This document shows, in pieces, positions 55,421-64,000 of a DNA stretch of 64,000 bases. The first letter of the stretch is position 1. Each line of letters opens with the position of its first letter. Under the pieces are notes generated by a model. That model searched no databases. It was not told the DNA's origin and saw only the letters and a list, made by a program, of their open reading frames with translations. Position numbers and translations under genes: made by a program. Source of the DNA: the human T2T-CHM13v2.0 reference genome, Homo sapiens; the NCBI RefSeq assembly GCF_009914755.1, contig NC_060947.1, one strand, 5' to 3'.

Positions 55421-56684
55421 CAAGAACATTTTAGAAGTTCCACTGCAATTTTGCTGTATTTCCATCCAGAGGCAAAAAAGTACCTACAGTTACATGATGT
55501 GATTATTATTAAAGTACACATTTTCTCAAAGGTGTGGCTTTCTGCTTAAGCTTATTCCAATGATCCAGTGAATTTGCCGTAATTTATTTTACGAAAATAA
55601 ATTTTCATTAAACAAATGATCTAAATTAAGCAACAACTTCAACATGATATTTATTTATAGAAAACATTTTTTAAAGACATCAAATGCTAAAATACAGAGA
55701 TATCTATCACCTTTCTCATTGGTTCCTAACCAGTCTTTTGATAAATTTATCATACTTCACTATACAGATCCTGATTGGAATGATAGCATTTATAATCCAA
55801 TCAGTATTAAGTTCTCCCTAGAGATGCTCCCATCCTCCAAGAGTGTATTCAGCTCTGTTTGAGATCATTTTTATGGAAGGAAACTTCTACAGTCTCCCAC
55901 AAAATGATATTTCATACCACTATCTGAGGTAGAAGAGCCTGTTACACCACTATAACACTGTTTCCTATAGATCAGATTTTGGCATAAATTAAGTTTATAT
56001 TGTACTCTATATCCAATGAGTGTTAATAAAAATGCCTCAATGTGGTGCAATTTTAAAATATAAGCAGGTCTTCAACATAGTGTTATATAGCATAACCTCC
56101 TCATGTCATGATATAAGTTCTGGTTTTCCCTGTGAATATTCAAATACATAAGGTAAATCAAAATTCTTTCAATATTTTTTCCCCAAACCTCTTTTTCTTT
56201 TTAACTGTTTCAACCCTTGAGATTACATTAGGGGAAAAATTCAATTAGGTATCAATCTGTCTTTCACATCTCCATTTAATAGTTAATCTACCAGAGAAGC
56301 ATTCTAAACTTATAGATATAAGAATTAACATAGAAAAGGACAGCACTAGAGAGAGATGAAACCATGAAGGGTTGGTAGGGCACATAGAGAATATTTAGAG
56401 ATGGTATATCCTGAATTCAAGAATTAAGAGCACTTTCCATAAGAAGGTTTAGGTGAACAAGGGTGAATGAACCATTGGCCTGACCCAATATAGCATTCCT
56501 ATTACTGTGTTGTGCTTATGAAGCTCTCCTCACTGGTGGACAGCTGCCTTACTCAATTCAATGACCAATCTAAACATTAATTTTTGAAAAGGTTGCCTCT
56601 CTGGGAGTTATCTATTCTGAAGAGATCCTCCACCACAGTAATATATACCTTATGGCTTTGTTGCACCTTTAATGTCTATTCAGA

Positions 56685-57130
56685 GACGCAGCATAACAGC
56701 GTTTCAGAGCATGGACTCTGGAGCCAGTCTGCATGGATTCTGTCACTTACTATCTTTGTGACCCAAGGCAAGTTATTCAATTCTCTGTGCCTCCATTTTT
56801 TCGTAGTAAAGTGAGAGTGATAACTGTACTATGATGAGTTAATATATGCAAACCATTTAGAAAGGTGCCTGACACGTAGTGTTTATATAGTGCTTTGATG
56901 CCAAAGCAAAGTGTTTTCACATAGATAATCTGATTTGACACCCACTATAGGAGGCAGGCAGAGCAGATAGGTTTTATCCCAAATTTACAGATGATAAATT
57001 GAAACTTGGAGACATTTATATGACTTGTTTAAATGTAACCCTCTGCTCAATCCTAGTAAGTGGCAGAGCAAGGATAAAACTCAAGTCTTCTGATTCCTCA
57101 TACAGTTCTCTTGCCCCTACACTGCACTAC
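56685..57130. mobile_element. Two adjacent MIRs in opposite orientation (+ about 56685-56890, - about 56890-57130)
   Basis: agagcatggactctggagccag...gtgacccaaggcaagtta...ctctgtgcctc; then tttacagatgataaattgaa...ctagtaagtggcagagc. Confidence 0.7.
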
Positions 57131-57214
57131 CTCTTTTAATTTGTAAGTTACTCATTAAATAAATATTTAGCCAATGCCAAAACTTGGATTTGGCCTGCTT
57201 ATCAGGTTAAATCT

Positions 57215-57460
57215 TAAAACAGTTGCAAAACAATTAGAGAAGATCCAAAGAAGAGCAGCAAAAATATGATTAAAGTGTTAGAAAATGGGGCCTGTGAGGA
57301 AAGGCTAAATGAGTTGGGATTGTTTAGCCTGGTGAAAGAGAGCCAAGAGGTAGTTTAATCACCTTCTCAAGTATAAAGAGTTATCATTAAAAGGGCACTG
57401 ACCAACTGTTCTGCATGCCTAAGGACAGTACCAGAGCAAATGAGCTTAACTAGACTAGAG
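57215..57460 (+). mobile_element. L3/CR1 LINE relic (RT C-terminal region)
   Basis: tagagaagatccaaagaagagcagcaaaaat.atgattaaagtgttagaaaat...tgaggaaaggctaaatgagttgggattgtttagcctgg. Confidence 0.75.
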
Positions 57461-57661
57461 AGAGAGTCAGTATTAGAAATGACTCATTATAAAACAGAGA
57501 GGAAATGAAGACAGTAAAATCTCACCAGTTCAGGCTATATGAAGGTGAAGCCATACTGAATTAGTGAAAAGTCAGACCTAGATATGTCTTAACATTGTTT
57601 TCAAGAATATACAAATATTCCAAATTAATCCTGTGTGTTGACAAGTAAATATCCTTATAGA

Positions 57662-57697
57662 AGACTTATTTAATAAATAGACTTATTTAATAAATAG
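57662..57697. repeat. Perfect 17-bp tandem duplication
   Basis: agacttatttaataaat repeated twice, followed by ag. Confidence 0.9.
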
Positions 57698-58469
57698 TAT
57701 TTTCTAATTTGTCTATTCATTATATATCTAAAAGGCTGTCCCCTTAAAAAGATTTACACATTCCTCCTTCAGTCTTAACCATGTTTCTCTTTATTCCATA
57801 GAAAATTTACAGACAAGTCTCAGCATATCCTCTGCCTAAATTATAGCATGTGCTAATCTAGTGGGGCCCAAACCAATATGTTTCAATGTTCTACCTAAAA
57901 TATTATATAATGTATAATTTCCCCTTGAGATATTCCAGGCTAAAATCACTTCATCATGGATGATGTGAAGGTAGCATTTCTTAAGGACAGATTCCTGAAG
58001 CAGGTCAATCCTTCAGGTAGATTTCATTTCAGAAACCCCGGCTGTCACTTTGAATTTGGTAGTTTTAAGAAATGAAAGTAAGTCAGTTTCCTAAATAAAA
58101 CAGTGTAAGCAAGATGAACAACATTAGGGGCCCTTCTAAATTATGAGACTGTAACTCAAAGGGGAGAGTGCTCACACTTCAAAATATGTCTAGAAATTGT
58201 GGTCACTAGAGCACTGTTGCCTACAGCTGGACCTAGGACAAGTGAAGCAAAAATGTTATAGCTACATGCTTGCTCCCTGCCTCACCCTCACTCAGCAGAT
58301 AGTGGTACTGCCCAGTTCCTCTCCACTTTGTTGGTCCCTTTTTATTCCAGCCCTTACTCTCAATGTTCCATGTAGAACATTAAGCTCACTTACCAATCCA
58401 AAAGACAGTTTGGGTTAGCATTCTTTCTTTTTGGAATATTTTGTTTGCCATATAGTTGAGTAAACACAA

Positions 58470-58700
58470 GCTTGGGACTCAAATAGACATGATTTCTAAT
58501 TTTAGCTCCCTGATTTCCTTGTTGTGTGACAACAGGGGAGGTGACAATTTCTTTGGGGCTCATTTTTCTCAGCTTAAAAGACTGTTCCACTACCTTCCTT
58601 TCGTGGTTGTTGTGAGGATCAAATAAGATTCTATGTGGAAAGCACTTGGTACAGTGCTTGGCACTCAGTAGGTACTCAGTAACTGATAACCATAGCTATT
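58470..58700 (+). mobile_element. MIR
   Basis: ggttgttgtgaggatcaaataagat...aaagcacttggtacagtgcttggcactcagtaggtactcagtaa. Confidence 0.75.
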
Positions 58701-59039
58701 TGCTCATGAGTGGTGAGTTTCTGTGTTCATGAAAATCAGTTATTTGAGAACTATTGCTGAAGAACAATGTCCTTGTGGCTTCCCCAAGGTATCAGTTCAA
58801 TCTAAGGTCATATCATGAGAGCAAAGTCTGAGAGTTGGGCTATGCTCAGGTCTCACTAATATAAGTTTAGCATGTTAGAAAACCTCTCTGGTTTTTTTTT
58901 TCCTGTGATATAACACTGGGTAACACATATTGATTGATAAGCTCAAGAACAATTTGAGGATTAACTAGATTTTTCAGCATCACCTAAAATAATTAAAGGC
59001 ACTAAAACCTTGAACCAATATGCTAACTGGGCATTTTTA

Positions 59040-59290
59040 ATAACAAATATATATGTATTGAATGCTTACTATGTTTCAGATATTATTTTAAGCAATGTAT
59101 GTGTATATATGTGTATGCTTATATATCTCATATGAGTTAATCCTCATATTATCCCTGTAGGTAGATGGAAATATTATTTCCATTTTACAAATGAGGAAAT
59201 TGAGACTTAGAAGTCATGCAACCAATAATTGGTAGAGATGGAACTTGAACCAGGGAAGTTGACACCAGGTACTGTTAATCACTGCTCTGA
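59040..59290 (-). mobile_element. MIR
   Basis: tattgaatgcttactatgt...ttaatcctcat...ccattttacaaatgaggaaattgagacttaga. Confidence 0.75.
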
Positions 59291-59869
59291 CTGGCCTCGC
59301 ATCTGACAGAATTTTCCAATCAGAATAGATTCAACCGGAAGTCATCAGACTTCTTGATACCCTCATATCTTTTGCCTTATTCCATAGTATTCCCTTTCAT
59401 CCTATCCAAAGTCTGAAAAAGAAGATGGTCAGGAGCCATGGTTAATATAAATTATAAATTTGGAGGGACAGGGATACAGAAGTAAATTACTCAAATTTTT
59501 CTTCCTCTTCTCCACAACTACTGCCACAACTTACCCTGAAGCACTAAGTCTGATCAGACTCTTCAATGCTAGAGTTTATCTAAAACATTTTCTATACTTA
59601 GGATTCTAAAGTTCTTCTAGAGACTTGCTTTCAGAGACATGGTTGTAAGCAGAGAGTTAAACAGTCTTCCGCCACTAAATAGTAGTGGCTCTATACTTCA
59701 CTTAGGTCTCTGTGTCCTCCATGACATTCAAATTTTATGGTGGGTTGGGTACTAGATGACAGACAGTACAGCTATACTGGAGCCACCCTAAAGCAAATCA
59801 GGATGTCATTTCTTTACCAGCCTATGTCTAGTGTGGGCTGGCTGAGAAGTCTTTCAGCATCTTCAAAAG

Positions 59870-60000
59870 ACAAACACAAGTAAAGGATATGACAGATGTT
59901 ATTACCTGGATTTCAGAGGTCAATCTGAGGTCATGCCCCCATGAGAGAAACAAGGAGTATACAGAAAGGGATCTCTTGGAGTAGATGAGTAATTGCTTAG
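59870..60000 (+). mobile_element. CR1/L3 RT fragment (degenerate)
   Basis: gatgttattacctggatttcag...tgcccccatgagag resembles the DVIYLDF...VPH RT motif with frameshift. Confidence 0.45.
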
Positions 60001-61454
60001 CTACCTAAGAAATCACTGAATATTCAGGAGGTAATTCATATAGAAGAAGGAAGGCAAATGGGATCAGACCTCCAGAATGGGCATTGAAATTTACATGGAA
60101 ACTGTCCCAGACAAGAGCCAGCCAACTGTTGTGAGGTTAAGCGTCACACAAGGGCTTATATTCAGAATACTATACTAGGCACTATTGGGAGAAACAAAAG
60201 TTCTTTCTTTCTTTTTTAAGTATTTGTAATAGCCCTTAGCAATGCGATTCAAGTCAGAGAGCAGCATCTTGACAAATGCAAAATAATATAACAAAAACTA
60301 GGTATGTAAATGCTGATAGAATGAAAGATATTAGAAAAGCCTAGAACTTATTTTTGCATACGATTGAATCAATCATGAAATGTAAGGTGAAAGTGTTCTT
60401 AGTACCTATAATATCTCTCCATCTTCTTCTCCCAAGTGCATATTAAGTACTATATGTAAAAGAGGAGATCCCATTCCTCTTTGCTTTCCTTGCTTCCCAA
60501 TTTCCTAATGGCGAGCTTCCAGAGTAGATCAATACATGGCCAAACAACCCACTGGCCTTCCTTCATCTCTTACTGTATTTTAGTAGGTGGTTCCCTTTTT
60601 TCCCCTGCCTCCAGCCATTCCAGGTGTCTCTCTGTAAGTTGGTTGCCTTATTCTTCCTTTTCAAGGACACTTTTTGTTACCTAACCAATCATGGTGTCCA
60701 AATCGTGGTCACTATTTCTTAATCTAATGACATGGCAATTTGATGCTATTACTTAACACTTATTGGGCTACCTGAATTAATATCTTGAAGCAATAATGCA
60801 ACCCAAACTACAGAATGGTGTCCCAAAAGCAAAACCTATGGTTGGATTTCTTAAAGATGTTCATTGGAAACATGGTTTCTTAAGTCTAACCTAGTATCTT
60901 TAGGCCCTAAGCAAGCGAGACTCTACTTGTGGTAAAAGCCTTCAACAACATATGTTAGGTGACTTTGACACTCACTGACAGCCTTAAATAAACTTGTTCT
61001 ATAAATGCAAAGATATTTATCCTAGGAGTTAGTAGCAGACATCAATATTCTATATTTAGGAATTTTATCTTCAGCTTATTAAAAAAGATGGCACAATTCT
61101 CTGGTCATACCTCACACTAGACTGGCTAGACTGGCTTTGTGACTGTTTAGAAGCAAATCCCCTCTGGGAAAATAAAGAGAAAAAAAAAACTTTTTCAATA
61201 ACATTACTTTGAAACAGCAAGACTCTTGTTTATTTCAGATGATAGAAGCTTTAGGGTCAAAAAGGAAATGTTCTACTTAATCAACAGTTCCCTCCTCCCA
61301 TTAAACAAAAATCTGATAAATGTTTGATTATTTCTTGTCAGGTTTGGGGGGTTTTATTTTTAAAATAAACACAAATTCAAATTAATTTTCATTAGGGAAC
61401 TTTTTGAGAGTCGTTGGGATGACTGAAGACACCTTGGGGTTTTGTAAAGCAGAG

Positions 61455-61600
61455 TACAGAAGCCTTGAGGCAGGAGAGCTGGATTCTAGCCCCAAGCTGT
61501 ATGAGTTCAAAAAATCAATCTCTCTACATCTCCATTTCCTGAACTGTAAAATGAATCTATGGAATATGATGGTCTTTTCCAGTTCCATCAGGCTATGGTT
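61455..61600 (+). mobile_element. MIR3-type relic
   Basis: ctggattctagcccc...ctctacatctccatttcctgaactgtaaaatga...atgatggtcttttccagttc. Confidence 0.55.
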
Positions 61601-63429
61601 CCCACAGCTGTGAAAAACAAGGTAGGAAATCCAGTTCAAGAAATATTGATTGATTCCCAACCCATTTTGCCACACTCAATGCTAGGGTGAGGAGAAAAGG
61701 ACATGTCTTCCCTGCTGAAGAAGCTTGCAATCTAGTAGGGCGATATGTCAATGCAATAATTCTAGAAGTCAGAATATAATAAATATCTAAAAATGTGTGA
61801 ATCAACTTTCCTGCTTTCTCAGGTTTCCAGGCTGGTGACCATCATTGATTTCTTAGCTGACTGACACTCTTACACACCTCAACATCAGTGAGCTTTGCTG
61901 AGACTTGGAGACAGAGATGATAGGAAGATTGAGATAATGTATCTTAAGGCCAGGGCACAGCCTGGAAGTTTATCATTTACCTCTATCCTTAGAACACAGA
62001 ACAACAAACGTCTGCATTAAAAAGAGTTTCTGGTTGATCAAAGCTGTGCCACATATGTATATATAAATAAATATGGCCTCAGCCCTTCTAGGAAATACCT
62101 AGGGAAAATCCCTATTAATTAAGGGCTTCTGGTAATTGGATTCTGATTAACTGAGATTTGTTTGTTTATCATAAGCCTATCATAAGTTCCTCATTATATC
62201 TATATTCACTGTTATCCTACTACTCAGATCCAACATATAGTAGATTGCAATACAGATGTATTAAATCAAGGCCTTTTCTCCCACCCTTTAATGCCGCATT
62301 TTAGCATTAAGGCTGGTATCTTATTCCAAAATTATAAAAATATGGACCAATTCAAATAGAACAATAAAACTGATGCAAATATCCTCTTTATTTTGAGTTA
62401 ATCCCATCACTTAAGTCAAGTGAGATCTCCAATTCATACTTTAAAAAAAAGGAAAGGAAACACTAGCCATATATAGCCATTTCATCCCTCCATAGGCAGT
62501 GAATATGTTTTTAGTGGGCAGAGGAAGAAAGAGCCCTAATACCTCTTACTTCATATGACTTACACTGTGAACACTCAGTTAAGCCTTTGCAGACACTGAG
62601 AGATTAAGTCCTATGAGTTAGAATTACTAGCTTGTAAACATTAATGAAATTTTTAAAATCATCATCCAGCTTTATTAGGAAATTTTCCCAGATTAAGAGC
62701 AACAAAAATGTAGCAATTAGAGTGTTCATCACACAGCTGCATGATTACAGGAGTCTTGTTCTAGATTCTAACAGATGCTGTAACAAACAGTTTTGTGAGG
62801 GCTGCAAGAACCATAGTTTACAAAAGCAACACAAAAGCTAGTTATTGTTCAAGCTCACATTGCCACAGGACCCTTATGTTTAAAATAATTTACACTCTTG
62901 AGCTCCTCTACTGAGAGGCATCAAGCATGTAAATAGAGCAATAACAAAAAATAAAATAAAATGTGCAGACTCAAGTTCTTCACTGCACTAACATGGAAGG
63001 GCAAGGGACATTAATTGATCCGTACAAAGTTCTGGACTTTGATGAGACCAAATGTGGGAATCAGCCATGGACTAGTTTGATGTCATTGTTACCAAGCCAC
63101 CACCTGGCTCGTCCAGTCAAATTAAGCTCATCCTTTCAGGGACAGCTTTACTTCAGTCCAGATTTGGCAAGGTCAAACTATCTCTGCTCAAAGGTTATGA
63201 CAAATTGACAAGTGAGGGGCATCACTCAATGGGCCCAGGTGGGGGCTTGAGGAGATTGGTGACAATTAGTGTTACATCACTAGGGGTGGAGCCAAAGTGG
63301 AAGAGATTCATAGCCAGATACCACTATTACATATATATATTTAGAAATATATATTATATGTAGCCTCCCAAATACAAACCACCACCACCCTACTCTGAAA
63401 AAGAATAGCAACTGATCAAATATTTCCTA

Positions 63430-63665
63430 AAGGACTCCAGTATTAAGCCAACGACTAGCAATCTGGCTGAGTTCTATCTATTTCAAGATCATTGTGTGAC
63501 CTTGCACAGCCACCTCACCTTTCATCATCTCAGGAACTTCAGCCATAAACTATAAAAATCCTTTCTTGCCTTACTGGGATGACATTAGGATGAATCAGGC
63601 AATTTCTCTAAGGTATTCTAAGATCCTCAGAGAGGGCAAGTCTACAAATACAAGGTATTATAATT
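63430..63665 (+). mobile_element. MIR relic
   Basis: tgtgtgaccttgcacagccacctcacct...ctacaaatacaaggtattata. Confidence 0.55.
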
Positions 63666-64000
63666 AGAATCACTGCACCTCATTTCTTAAGGGGGAGAAA
63701 ATGAATAAGGAAAGGAATGTGTGGTCACTGAGCTTGAGACTCAAAAGGCATTTAAAAGCTCTTTCTATCATCTGAGGTAAGTCTCAAGAGAGGGAAACTG
63801 ATCTGGTGGAGTCAGAGAAGAGTTCAGTGAAGAACCTTTGTGCCACCTGTGAAAGTGGCTAGGACATGCTCCCAGGACATTAGAAGCCTTCCTGTTTGTC
63901 TTTGACAGTATAACGTTACTTCACTATGATCACCATAAAGGTTTAGATTTGTGAATACCACCAAGAGAGTGGCAAGTGCTTTGATTATGATGTTGTAGGC

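Noticed and set aside
63768-63782. Consensus donor GAG|GTAAGT as the end of the next GRIA3 exon
   Set aside because: Upstream sequence does not encode the expected VVILGKHSRGYHYMLANL and no good acceptor is paired with it

Overview
Primate (probably human) genomic DNA from inside the X-linked AMPA-receptor gene GRIA3 (GluA3), transcribed on the + strand. The only host coding sequence I can support is one 188-nt internal exon (52747-52934) encoding [63 protein letters not shown] of the amino-terminal domain; from memory of the gene structure this is exon 4. The rest is intron rich in transposable elements: a full-length but inactivated sense L1PA7-type element (9663-~16160), a 5'-truncated antisense L1PA13-type element (24441-28145), a complete THE1A MaLR with two LTRs and a 5-bp TSD (43650-45919), a twin-primed L1MA, four Alu dimers or fragments plus a FLAM, hAT/Tigger MITEs (MER53, MER3, MER5, MER96, Tigger3a), and many MIR/L2/CR1 relics. 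Nearly all ORFs in the supplied track are repeat-derived or chance. I found no evidence of a previously undescribed multi-gene system. The most noteworthy observations are three three-layer TE nests with readable TSDs, an open ORF0-like antisense frame and a mutated YY1 site in the L1PA7 promoter, an intact DUX4 motif in only the 5' THE1A LTR, a rearranged hairpin-forming Alu, and several candidate cryptic splice elements near the exon. Repeat subfamily names come from recalled consensus sequences and need RepeatMasker/Dfam confirmation; boundaries of old repeats are approximate.
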